A stretch of DNA of 64,000 bases from the human T2T-CHM13v2.0 reference genome, Homo sapiens: NCBI RefSeq assembly GCF_009914755.1, contig NC_060947.1; one strand, given 5' to 3'. Below are positions 26,274-39,714 of this stretch, piece after piece (position 1 is the stretch's first letter; every line of letters starts with the position of its first letter). Below the pieces are notes generated by a model. It was not told the DNA's origin, made no database searches, and saw only the letters and a list, made by a program, of their open reading frames with translations. The position numbers and the translations under genes are program-made.

Positions 26274-26575
26274 TTTTTTTGTTGTTGTTGTTGAGATAGA
26301 GTCTTGCTCTGTCACCCAGGCTGGAGTATAATGGCACGTCTCAGCTCACTGCAACCTCCACCTCCCGGGTTCAAGCAATAATCCCTGCCTCAGCCTCCCG
26401 AGTAGCTGGGATTACAGGTGCCTGCCACCACACCTGGCTAATTTTTGTATTTTTAGTAGAGACGGGGTTTTGCCATGTTGGCCAGGCTGGTCTCAAACTC
26501 CTGACCTCAGGTGATCCACCCACCTAGGCCTCCCAAAGTGCTGGGATTACAGGCATGAGCCACCATGCCTGGCCG
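26274..26575 (-). mobile_element. Alu (AluSx-like)
   Basis: Antisense Alu; flanking ctcattttt. Confidence 0.95.
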
Positions 26576-27462
26576 CTCATTTTTGTTTGTAAGCAATCTG
26601 TGGTATATGACCTTAAAAAAACTTGAAAACCCAAATAAATATCATCCATTGGTTTCCCATTGACCATATTCTTATTTACTTCCTCAAAAACTCTTGCAAA
26701 TGAATCAAGACATGATTTCTACTTACAGAAAATAGGTTGCCTTTCCCCACTGAGTTATGTTGCCATTTACATATTTGGTCTTATAGATTAAGGTGTTTGA
26801 ACTCAAAACTAGGAGAGTATTTTAGAACCACAGTAAGCTTATAAAGCCCAACTCCTAGTGTTTGTGTTAACAGGTAAAGGAATATCATGGATAAATATTA
26901 TCCACAGATGATCCTCAAACCTTCCTTTACCTATCGTTTGAACACATTTCTTCATCAGAAACTATATACCAGAGGAAGAAAATTGACTAAAATCACTTTT
27001 CATCTACATCAAGTAATCCCAGATTAACTCTATTTTATGCTAATCGCCTCTTCATTCCAAATTTCTATGGCACTTAGATTATCAATTTTTTAATAATAAT
27101 ATTGTTAATATAATATGTTTTAAGTCAGTCTCTGGTTTTCATATACCTTGTGTTTTGCTACCCCCAAAAGATCACAAACTCCTACGTAAGCATGAAATAT
27201 ATTTTGAGGTTCTCTTTTTATATATATCTTATTCTATAATGTCTGGTAATTTACAAGTTCTGTACAATGTAGATGCTTAGTAACCATTTGTTAACTAATT
27301 TTATACCTTCTCATGGGTATAACTACTTTGAAAAAGGCAAAAGAATATCAGCAGGAAAGAAATGGAAGGGAATTCATGATGGCAAGTACTGGTGATGAAA
27401 TTATGCCTAAACTGAATTTATTTCCCAAATTCCAGAATAGGCTAATCCATCCTTTCTGCTAA

Positions 27463-27802
<340 letters not shown>

Positions 27803-28389
27803 TGAATACCTATTATAAGTGAAATGTAACTTGAACTCTCTGCAAAGAAATTGTTATTCTGAAATCATCTGCCTTACTATGAAGTGACAGTTCTCTAAGA
27901 AATGTGTTACCTTTTTCCTAAAAAGAGAACCTTCACTCCTTTAGCAGTCAAGTGAGTTAATTTCCTTTCAGTTTTATCAAAACCATTTCCAAACTCCAGC
28001 TTAGCTTTTCCTGTGAAGACAGTCAACTCTGGTGGTATCCGTACACACAGACTGGTTTGAAAAAAAATCTCTGGGAAAATTAAACCTAGGGTTCTTTTGA
28101 AAGTAACTGATTGGATTCACTCTAAATAAATTTATTTTTGACAGATAACTGAGAGTATTTGTGACTGGCTAACAGCAGGAACTAGAGTAGACTTCGTAGT
28201 CTAGCAGGAGTTAAAACTTGAGAAATGGCCACTGATGATGAAAACCCATAGCTGATAGATAAGTAACCATTTGGAGTACTACAAAAGAAAAGCCACTGAT
28301 AATTTATTGTATTTTTTAATCCCCATTACAAAAAAAAAAAACTCTTGGGTGCATTTATAAACACACAGACACTAAACATGACTGGGATC

Positions 28390-28720
28390 ACACCTGGGCT
28401 ATTCAGCTTCTCCAAACTCATTAACTGAAAAGATATAGATTAATTGGAGGGAGTTCAGAGAAGAGTAACAAAAATGATTAAGGGGCCAGAGGGATTGATT
28501 TATGAGCAAAGATTAAAAGAATTTTGTCTATACAATTTAACTAAGTGATGACTAAGGGGGAAGAGGGTGGGGATACAACTGTCTGAAGGGTGTAAACACC
28601 AAGGAGAGAGGAGAATAATTTACTATGCAACATGAGAATATAACTAGGGCTAATAAGCTATAATTACCCAAAGGAATAACAGAATACATATTTCAGGGAA
28701 ACTCAGAACCATGAGACCGC
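28390..28720 (+). mobile_element. Ancient CR1-clade LINE fragment (ORF2 C-terminus)
   Basis: Translates DID*LEGVQRRVTKMIKGPEGLIYEQRLKEFCLYNLTK**LRG, matching the CR1 motif LE.VQRRATKMIKGL..L.YEERLKEL.L..L.KRRLRG. Confidence 0.8.
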
Positions 28721-29549
28721 CAACTTGTTTCTCAAGGAGACACTGGCAGATACTTATAACATTAGTCTCATCCAGATTAACAAGTATGTGGTGTGAAACA
28801 ATCATTTTATGCCATTGAGCTCTCTCTTTCCCCACCCTCTTCAACAGTCTTGCTTTTTACATTATTGTGGCATAGTTCAAGTCCAGCCTAGTGCACCGGT
28901 CTATATAGTTTTATCTTTGTTAGTGCCGATAAGTCAAAGTTTAATTCCAATAGTGGCCATACAAGAGCCCTTCCTTTTGGATTTACTGTGAATTTAATTG
29001 AAAAGCATCAAAATAAGGAATCATATCTGAAGAGGAGAAAATCTTGGATTCTGCTTCAGAAGTCATAGTATTTGTGTTTTGGATCTCCAATAATAAACTT
29101 TCAAATTATATTTAATGTCTAGAAAAGTTCAATTTTAGCATTATTGCAAGAAAAAAGACACTAAAAATAAATCTTTGTAGGCTTCATGATTTGTGTAAAC
29201 TTTGGAATGTGGTTCTTCAGAAAACAAATTAGTCTGTGGGTAACTGCAGGCTAAGTTATTTGGCTAATTCCTATTGTGCTATCATGACATTCCAGAGCAT
29301 TGCTATTTAACTTTGCCAGATAAGATTTTGCATGTCACTGCAGTGAGAGCAGCTTCTTTTGTATGCATACTTTTCTCCTTCTTTTCCTTTGTGTTGGGAA
29401 TCTTCATAGGGTGATCCCAGTCTAGAAATACCATTTTTTCCCTTCACCATTGCATTGACAAGTTCTTCTGGTTTTATGTTAAATTTTATACTTCCTTGTC
29501 AACATTTCTCTTAAATAATATATTAATGCAATATTTTAAATAAAATTTT

Positions 29550-30287
29550 TATATAAACGTTTAATGTTATAATAGTTTTACATTTACAGAAAAGTTGTGG
29601 AGATAATACAGAGTCCCCATATACTCTATCCCCAGTGTGCCCCTATTACATTAGTATGGTACATTTGTCATATCAAATGACCTAATACTGATACATTATT
29701 ATTAATTAAAATTCATACTTTATTCACTGTTTTTAGTTTTTACCTAATGTCCTCTTTCTGTTCCAAGATTCCATCCAAGATGCCACAGTACATTTAGTAT
29801 CCCCTTGACTATAGTAATTTCTCAGACTTTCCAATGACCTTAACAGTTTTGAGGAGTACTAGTTAGGTATTTTGCAGAATGTCCTTCAGTTGGGATTTGT
29901 CTAATGTTTTTCTCATGACTAGAATGGGGTTATGGGCTTTTGGAAGGAAGACTACAGAGGTAAAATGCCATTTGAAGCACATCATAGCAAAGGTACATAC
30001 TATCTTCAACTTGGGGAAGCTGATTGAAAAAAAAAATTTTAAGTACATAGTATCAACATGACTTATCACTATTATTGTTAACCTTGGTCACCTGGCCAAG
30101 TAGTGTTTGTCAGATTTCTCCACTGTAAACTTATTTTGCCTTTTCATATTTCACTGTTTGTAAGGAAATCATTATGCACAGCCCATGCTAAAGGAGTGAG
30201 GAATTAGGCTCCACCTCCTTGATGGTGAAGTATCTACATAAATTATTTGGAATTCTTCTGCAGTTGATCTGCCTATTCTGACACTAT

Positions 30288-30318
<31 letters not shown>

Positions 30319-31885
30319 TGTCTAGATAAAGTGATATTTATTTTATACTTTGGGTTATAATCCAATACGCTTTATTCTGTTGTTCAAATCATTCTGGCTT
30401 TGGCCTTTGGGAGGTCTTTCAGTTGGCTCCTGTGTCCCTTTGATGTACCCTCATGCATGTGGGCTTTTATTGAACACTTCTTAACTTGATGGCACTACAA
30501 GATGCTACAGGTTCATATGTATATTTCCTGCCCCAGTTAGTCCTATGATCACCCAATTCTCCAAGGATCTCTGGTTCCTTTTATTGGGTATTACAAAACA
30601 AGATCTGAGTGCTAGATGTGCTCATTGCTACTGGGTGTCATTACTTCTAGGCCTTCTCAGCTGACAGAGGAAGAAAATGTATGTGTATACTAGCCCATGT
30701 ATGTATACACATATCTATGAATATTTCCATATGTAACCATCTGGGTCTTTACTAAGCTAAACATGAGTTCATACTGATGTCCCCAGCGCTAATACAATAC
30801 CACATGGATCATTCTAACCTTCTCTCCTGCTTGCGTGTAACTTCCTGTTGCCATCCACCATCCATTTACTTGATCATCCGATTCCAATTTGTGGCTATAG
30901 TGGTTTCAGGCTTGTTAATTCACACCTCTGTGGGGACAACTTTATCAAATATAGTAGATGCTTATCTATGGTTCCTTTTGTCTTTAGTCTTACAAACTCA
31001 TTTCCAAAATTACTTAGGTTGGGCCTTTTTCCCCCTTGTCCTTCAGAGAAGTTGTTTCATACATATAATTAGATTCTTTTGTCAAATTCTGTATCCCATC
31101 CTGAGATCAATCCCCTGATGACTTCTTCTTAGATTATTTTTTAACTTTTGCATACATTAAGATTTACTTTTTGGCCTGTAAAATTATGTGAAGTTTGAAA
31201 AATGCATAGTGTTGTATATCCACCATTACAGTATCATACGGAATATTTCGTCACCCTAAAAATCTCCTGTGTCCCACCTACTCAACCCTCCCTCCTCCTC
31301 CACATACCTCTGACAACCACTGATCATCTGTATACCATCTCTACAGTTTTGCCTTTTCCAAAATGTTGCATAAATAGGATAGTGAAGTGTATAGACTTTC
31401 CAACTGGCTTCTTTCACTTGGCAATATATATTTTACATTTAGCCATGTCTTTGCATAGCTTGATAGCTCATTCCTGTTTTATCGCTGAATAGAATTCTAT
31501 TATATGGATGTACCACAGTTTGTTTATTCATTCACCTATTAAGTGACATCTTGGTTGCTTCTAATTTTGGTGATTATGAGTAAGGCTGCTATAAACATTT
31601 GTGTGCAGATTTTTGTGTAATCGTAAGTTTCAAATCAGTTGGGTAAATACAAAGGAGTGTGATTGCTGGATCATATGGTAAAACTATGTTTAACTTTGTA
31701 AGAACTGCCAAACTGTCTTCCAAAGTGGCTAACCATTTTTGCAATCTCACCAGCAGTGAATGAGGGTTCCTGTTACTATGCTTTCTTGCCAGCAATTGAT
31801 ATTATCAGTTTTTGAATTTCAGCCTTTCTAATGAGTGTCTAATGATATTTCATTTTTGTCTTAATTTTTATTTCACTAATGACAA
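29550..31885 (-). mobile_element. L1MC/L1MD-type long 3'UTR + ORF2 end
   Basis: atttacagaaaagttgtggagataatacagagtcccc...; ORF2 remnant TLEDSLAVLTKLNIVLPYDPAITLLCIYP. Confidence 0.8.
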
Positions 31886-32499
31886 CCTTGCCCACCTTTG
31901 AGTGGTTATAAACTATGAATTTTTAAACAATAGTTTTAGTTTTACTAATTCTCTCTTTGTTAGAATTGAGGGAACAATGCTTTCAAAGTGTTAGGCTTTT
32001 TATTTATATTAGAAAAAGGTTTAAAATTCAGGCTGCTACCTTTTTATAAATGTGTCGATTTGTGCTTCTGTACTAATTAGCTACAACGTAGGCAAAGGAA
32101 GCATCCACTAAAGTGAATGCTAAGTCACCAGTGGCAGACAGTGAATCACAAGAACCTTATTGGATTGTTGTGCACAAAGTAGAGGGAGTTTTGTTGGTAA
32201 GCAAGATGCCTATAAGATTATTGTTTTTCTGGATGTATCCGGGACTTCATTTTATTCTTTTTTATTCTTCCCTCTCTCATTACCATCACCACACACACAC
32301 ACCTTTCTGTCCTCCCCACCTAAACATGGAAACAGCAGTAAGGAGGACTAAAATGTAATCAGAATATATATGCAGCATGACTTTTTCTTGCTTTAGGACC
32401 AGATAACCATAGTGACTTTCTTTTTTCCTATTCCAATGTGACTAGCGGATAAATGATTTCTTTCACAACTGTTAGTTGTATCTGATTTTGATGGCCTTT

Positions 32500-35400
32500 C
32501 TTAAAATTTTACTTTAAGTTCCTGAATACATGTGCAGAACATGCAGGTTTGTTACATAGGTATACATGTGTCATGGTGGTTTGCTGCACCTATTGACTCG
32601 TCCTCTAAGTCCCGTCCCCTTGCCCCCCACCCCCAAACAAGCCCTGGTGTGTGTTGTTCACCTCCCTGTGTCCATGTGTTCTTATTGTTCAACTCCCACT
32701 TATGAGTGAGAACATGAGGTGTTTGGTTTTCTGTTCCTGTGTTAGTTTGCTGAGATGATGGCTTCCAGCTTCATCCAAGTCCCTTCAAAGGACATGATCT
32801 CATTCCTTTTTATGGCTGCGTAGTATTCCATGGTGTATATGTGCCACATTTTCTTTATCCACTCTATCATTGATAGGCATTTGGGTTGGTTCCATGACTT
32901 TGCTATTGTAAATAGTGCTGCAATAAACATACATGTGCATGTGTCTTTAAATCAGTAGAATGATTTATTTAGATGATTTATTTGTAGTAGAATGATTTAT
33001 TCCTTTGGGTATATATCCAGTAATGAGATTGTTGGGTCAAATGGTATTTTTGGTTCTAGATCCTTGAGGAACTGCCATACTGTCTTCCACAATGGTTGAA
33101 CTAATTTACATTCCCACCAACAGTGTAAAAGCATTCCTATTTCTCCACAGCCTCGCCATCATCTATTGTTTCCTGACTTTTTAATAATTGCCATTCTGAC
33201 TGGCATGAGATCGTATCTCATTGTGGTTTTAATTTGCATTTCTCTAATTATCAGTGATGTTGAGCTTTTTTTCATATGTTTGTTGGCTATGTAAATGTCT
33301 TCTTTTGAGAATTGTCTGTTCATATCGTTTGCCCACTTTCTGATTGGGGTTGTTTTTTTCTTGCAAATTTCAGTTCCTTGTAAATTCTGGATATTAGACC
33401 TTTGTCAGATGGGTAGATTGCAAAAGTTTTCTCCCATTCTGTAGGTTGCCTGTTCATTCTGATGATACTTTGTTTTGCTGTGCAGAAGCTCTTTAGTTTA
33501 ATTAGATCCCGTTTGTCAATTTTGGCTTTTGTTGCAATTGCTTTTGGCATTTTCGTCATGAAGTCTTTGCCCATGCCTGTGTCCTGAATGGTATTGCCTA
33601 GGTTTTCTTCTAGGGTTTTTATGGTTCTGGGTTTTACATGTAAGTCCTTAATCCATCTTGAGTTAATTTTTGTATGTGGTGTAGGGAAGGGGTCCAGTTT
33701 CAAATTTCTGCATGTGGCTAGACAGAACTCTCAACACAATTTATTAAATAGGGAGTCATTTTCCCATTGCCTCTTTTTGTCAGGCTTGTCGACAATCAGA
33801 TGGTTGTAGATGTGTGGTGTTACTTCTGAGGTCTCTGTTCTCTTCCATTGGTCTATATGTCTGTTTTGGTACCAGTACCGTGCTGTTTTGGTTACTGTAG
33901 CCTTGTAGTATAGTTTGAAGTCAGGTAATGTGATGCCTCCAGCTTTGTTCTTTTTACTTAGGATTGTCTTGGCTATACAGGGTTGTCTTTGATTCCACAT
34001 GAAATTTAAAGTAGTTTTTTCTAATTCTGTGAGGAATGTCAATGGTAGTTTGATGGAAATAACATTGAATCTATAAATTACTTTGGGCAGTATGGCCATT
34101 TTCATGATACTGATTCTTCCTATCCTTGAGGATGGAATGTTTTTCCAATTGTTTGTGTCCTCCCTTATTTCCTTGAACAGTGGTTTGTAACAAGTTCTTC
34201 TTGAAGAGGTCCTTCAAATCCCTTGTTAGCTCTATTCCTGGGTATTTTATTCTCTTTGTAGTGATTGTGAATGGGAGTTCACTCGTGATTTGGCTCTCTG
34301 TTGTCTATTTTTGGTGTAAGGGAATGCTTGTGATTTTTGCACATTGATTTTGTATTCTGAGACTTTGCTGAAGTTGCTTATCAGTTTAAGGAGTTTGGGG
34401 GCTGAGACAATGGGGTTTTCTAAATATAAAATCATGTTGTCTGCAAACAGAGACAATCTGACTTCCTCTCTTCTTATTTGAATACCCTTATTTCTTTCTC
34501 TTGCCTGATTGCCCTGGCCACAACTTCCAAGACTATGTTGAATCAGAGTGGTAAGAGAGGGCATCCTTGTCCTGTGCTGGTTTTCAAAGGGAATGTGTCC
34601 AGCTTTTGCCCATTGAATATGATATTGGCTGTGGGTTTGTCATAAATAGCTCTTATTATTTTGACATATGTTCCATCAATACTTAGTTTATTGAGAGTTT
34701 TTAACATGAAGGGATGTTGAATTTTATCAAAGGCCTTTTCTGCATCTATTGAGATAATCATGTGGTTTTTGTCTTTGGTTCTGTTTATGTGATGGATTAC
34801 ATTTATTGATTTGCATATGTTGAACCAGCTTTGCATTCCAGGAATGAAGCAAACTTGATCTTGGTGGATAAGTTTTTTGATGTGCTGCTGGATTCAGTTT
34901 GCCAGTGTTTTTATTGAGGATTTTTGCATCAATATTCATCAGGAATATTGGCCTGAAGTTTTCTGTTTTTGTTGTGTCTCTTCCCAGTTTTGGTATCAGG
35001 ATGATGCTGGCTTCATAAAATGAGTTAGGGAGTAGTTCCTCCTTTTCAATTTGGAATAGTTTCAGAAGGAATGGTACCAGCTTCTCTTTGTACCTCTGGT
35101 AGAATTTGGCTGTGAATCCATCTGGTCCTGGGCTTTTTTTTTTTTTTTTTGGTTGGTAGTCTATTAATTACTGCCTCAATTTTAGAACTTATTATTGGTC
35201 TATTCAGGGATTCGATTTCTTCCTGGTTTAGTCTTGGGAGGGTGTATATGTGTCCAGGAATTTATCCATTTCTTCTAGATTTTCTAGTTTATTTGCATAG
35301 AGATTTTTATATTATTCTCTGATGGTAGTTTGTATTTCTGTGGGGTCAGTGGTGATATCCCCATTATTATTTTTTATTGTGTCCACTTAATTCTGTCTTT

Positions 35401-37104
35401 TCTTCTTTATTAGTCTAGCTAGTGGTCTATTTTGTTAATTTTTTCAAAAACTCAGCTCCTGGATTCATTGATTTTTTTTTGGAGGGTTTTTTGTGTATCT
35501 GTCCTCTTCAATTCTGCTCTGATCTTAGTTATTTCTTGTCTTCTGCTAGCTTTTGGATTAGTTTGCTCTTGCCTCTCTAGCTCTTTTAATTGTGATGTTA
35601 GGGTGTCGATTTGAGATCTCTCTAGCTTTCTGATGTTGGCATTTAGTGCTATAAATTTCCCTCTTAACACTGCTTTAGCTGTGTCCCAGAGATTCTGGTA
35701 CATTGTCTCTTTGTTCTCATTGGTTTCAAAGAACTTCTTGATTTCTGCTTTAATTTCATCATTTACCCAGGAGTCATTCAGGAGCAGGTTGTTCAATTTC
35801 CATGTAATTGTGTGGTTTTCAGTGAGTTTCTTAATCCTGAGTCCTAATTTGATTGCACTGTGGTCTGAGAGACTGTTTGTTACGATGTCAGTTCTTTTGC
35901 ATTTGCTGAGAAGTGTTTTACTTCCAATTATGTGGTCTATTTTAGACTAAGTGCCATGTGGCACTGAGAAGAATGTATATTTTGTTGATTTGGGGTGAAG
36001 AATTCTGTAGATGTCTATTAGGTCCACTTGTTCCAGAACTGAGTTCAAGTCCTGAATATTCTTGTTAATTTTTATCTCATTGATCTGTCTAATATTGACA
36101 GTGGGGTGTTAAAGTCTCCCACGATTATTGTGTGGGAGTCTAAGTCTCTTCGAAGGTCTCTAAGAACTTGTTTTATGAATCTGGGTACTCCTGTATTGGG
36201 TGCATATATATTTAGAATAGTTAGCTATTGTTGCATTGTTGCCTTTACCGTTTTGTAATACCCTTCTTTGTCTTTTTTGATCTTTGTTTTTTTAAAGTCT
36301 GTTTTGTCAGAGACTAGGATTGCAACCCCTGCTTTTTTTGCTTTCCATTTGCTTGGAAAATTTTCCTCCATCCCTTTGTTTTGAGTCTATGTGTGTCTTT
36401 GCACATGAGATGGGTCTCCCGAATACAGCACACCAATGGGTCTTGACTCTTTATCCAATTTACCAGTCTGTGTCTTTTAATTGGGCCATTTAGCCCATTT
36501 ACATTTAAGGTTAGTATTGTTATGTGTGAATTTGATCCTGTCATCATGATGCTATCTGGTTATTGTGCACACTAATTGATGCAGTTTCTTCATAGTGTCA
36601 TTGGTCTTTATATTTTGGTGTGTTTTTGCAGTGGCTGGTACTGGTTTTTCCTTTCCATATTTAGTGCTTCTTTCAGGAGCTCTTGCAAGGCAGGCTGGCA
36701 ATAACAAAATCCCTCAGCATTTGCTTGTCTGGAAAGGATTTTATTTCTCCTTTGCTTATGAAGCTTAGTTTGGCTGGATATGAAATTCTGGGTTGAAAAT
36801 TCTTTTCTAAGAATGTTGAATATTGGCCCCCAATCTCTTCTGGCTTGTAGAGTTTCTGCTGAGATGTCCACTGTTAGTCTGATGGGCTTCCCTTTGTAGG
36901 TGACCTAGCCTTTCTCTCTGGCTGCCCTTAACACTTTTTCCTTCATTTCAACCTTGGAGAATCTGATGGTTATGTGTCTTGGGGTTGATCTTCTCATGGA
37001 GTATCTTAGTGGTGCCCTCTGTATTTCCTGAATTTGCATGTTGGCCTGTCTTGCTAGGTTGGGGAAGTTCTCCTGGATTATATCCTGAAGTGTGTTTTCC
37101 AGCT
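32500..37104 (-). mobile_element. L1PA8-like LINE-1, 5'-truncated within ORF1 (~4.6 kb), decayed ORF2
   Basis: 3'UTR cgtcctctaagt...gccctggtgtgtgttgttc; ORF2 start MTGSNSHITILTLNVNGLNGPIKRHRL; [17 protein letters not shown]; TSD ttttgat(g/t)gccttt at ~32486 and ~37105. Confidence 0.92.
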
Positions 37105-37329
37105 TTTTGATTGCCTTTTAACACTAATTTAGGTCCTTCCTCTCTGAGTATACCTGGTGCTACCATGTTGCCCCATCTCTCCCCAAGCTGCAAACTTGTC
37201 TTTCTCCCTTTGTTTCCAATTCCATCTTACCCATTCTATATGCCATTACTTCAGGGTCACACTAGGTAAAAAACAATAATAGTAATTGTCTAAATCAATT
37301 TTATTTTAAATGTTAGGGGGGAAGAATAC

Positions 37330-37780
37330 AACTAACATTAATTGAACATCTACAATGCACCAAGCACTTTTATACATGTTCTCATTTAATTCTCACAACA
37401 ATCCCATGGTGATTGTTATTTCTGTTGTATAGATGCCATTAATTTAGAGGTAAGTGGCATGCTTTAACCCTTTTGTACATACTATTCCGTCTGTCTAGGA
37501 TACCCCTTCAGTTCCATCTCTATCGAGCAAACTACCAAACCTTCAAAAGCCACTTCAGATGTCATCTCCCTAGCTGGTGGTCTCAGCACTGCCCATGTCA
37601 ATTCTGAAAAGACTCTCCAAGTAATTCTGATACTGGCCCCTGGTTAAGAGTCATCATATGAAACAATACTGTGTAAAGAGCAAGAGCCACGTCTTACTGA
37701 TATTTGTATTCCTGTTGCATTGCAGAGTCTATTTTGCATTCCACAGTAGTATTTTGGTCAGTGTTTATTGAAGGAATTAT
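37330..37780. mobile_element. MIR fragment (-) followed by an L2 fragment (+) with a probable small MER5-like insert
   Basis: aacattaattgaacatctacaatgcaccaagcac...ctcatttaattctcacaaca; ttttgtacatactattccgtctgtctaggatacc... Confidence 0.5.
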
Positions 37781-39052
37781 TTGAGGTTTATGGAAATGCC
37801 CATGTTATGTTGTATGTTACTGGGGGTGGGTAGATTTTGAAAAATTCAAGTAAATGTATTCAGATAAATGCTACATCTCTGGGGAGCAGTAGAAGTGAAA
37901 GGTGGTGATAACTATGAATGAAACCCATATAAACACAGAGGCAACAATTTTTAGAAAGAAGAGAATGCTTATCATATTTTTATTCTTTTTGGAAACAAAC
38001 TACTTTTCTCATAATGCAAACTAAAAAAAGTAAAATTTGATAAAGTCTGTTTGGCTGGTACAAATACACAGCACATAATTGTAAACCAGGGATATTTCCT
38101 TGGGAAACGGATTGCCATCAGAAAAAGAGACTGCATGAAATGTTTAACATTTATTAAAGTGGCATAGGTTAAAGTGTTAAATAGCTGAAAAACACTGAAG
38201 TAGGAACTCATAGAAAAGTTTGGGTAGCCTACTATCCTTTATAAAAAGCAGGATCTTTGTTGATTCAAAATACTTGGTTGCCTTGGGCTCTATGGTATTG
38301 AATGTTGCTAAAAATAAATGCGCCACCAACTTGCACTTAGAAATTTCTTCATTCTATAAAAGTTTACATTGTGTTGTAACAGAATTTGACCTTTATTGGC
38401 AAGAAATAATGTAAAACATTTCTAATCAATTCTCAAGCATGATATGGCAGCACTTTCCACACAACTAGGTACCAGCTGATAAGAGATGAGATCTCTGATT
38501 ACTATTTCAGCAGTTACCATTAGTACAAGTAAAAATGAATATTGTGACTGGCAAGTGCTCAAGGATTTTAGTACTAACATAATTATTTATTGCTTAGAAC
38601 TTGGCTCTGCATGGTCCAAGTTCAATGTCAATTTAAGACCCCAGCAAGATACTGTACAGCTGACTTCATTTGCCAAAGAAATTTGAAAACTTTTTTAAAG
38701 CTATTAAAAGCATTCTTGCTGTTTTTTGGCAGTGCTAGGTAGAACTTGGCTCATCATGGAGCTGGGATAATCACAGAGTGAGCGAATGATAATTTAGGTC
38801 CTTAGGCAAACATACAAGCTTTGAAGCCTGGGTATTTCTAATTGCATGCCTAGTACCTGATTGACATGATTCTGAGGTTAAACAACTACCCTGAGAAGCT
38901 GCTCCTAGTTGCCGATTGTTTACCAGTGACCTTCCACTCCTACACATAGAATTGTGTTTCACCTACTGACAGTGGTCTGCCAAAGTCCAGGATGAATCTT
39001 CCTGGAGTGTAGATTCTGCTCAGGGTTAACAGAAAACACTTCACTTCATTCT

Positions 39053-39057
<5 letters not shown>

Positions 39058-39104
<47 letters not shown>
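39058..39104. repeat. (GT)n microsatellite
   Basis: Seen directly. Confidence 0.95.
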
Positions 39105-39106
<2 letters not shown>

Positions 39107-39239
39107 TGTATAATGCAAAATTCTTCTAAAATGGGAGACTTCAAAGAAATGTTAGGACTTAAGCCTGTCCCTCCCACTCCTGCCATGGGGAGACGGCATT
39201 TGGAAGTGTGGAGAATCTTAAAAACACTGCTCTAAGTTA

Positions 39240-39560
39240 TGGCCACTTTTCTGGAATGCTGTTATCTCTCACCTCTGCCCAGAAGTATCCTGCTTATTTT
39301 TCAAAAGTCATTGTCCCCATCTTCTGTACCCCAAGCAGAGTTAACACTTCTCTGCGGCTCCGTAGACTTTCCTTTATGAACCTCATATGGCATTCATCCC
39401 ATTGTTGTGATTGCCTGTTTGTCTTCTCACTAGGTAGGTGGTGAGCCTCAGAAGAACAAGGTCTACAGGTTCTTTATATCCTCAGTGCCTTGCACTGTAT
39501 TTGACTAGAGCAAGTAACTAGCAAACAGTGAATAGTGAATAGGTAGATGGATAACTGGAT
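39240..39560 (+). mobile_element. L2 fragment
   Basis: tgcctgtttgtcttctcactagg...gagcctcagaagaacaagg...atcctcagtgccttgcactgta...gaatag. Confidence 0.55.
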
Positions 39561-39714
39561 GATAGAACAGACAGGAAAATGTCCATTGATATGTCCACCC
39601 ACGTGAATAAGATTCTGAGCTCCTCTCCTAATATTCTAGTTTAGGCCTCTGAATATAGAAATGGGTGTTCACTGGGCTGTTTTCAACTTGCATATCAGTT
39701 ATACCCTTACTTTT

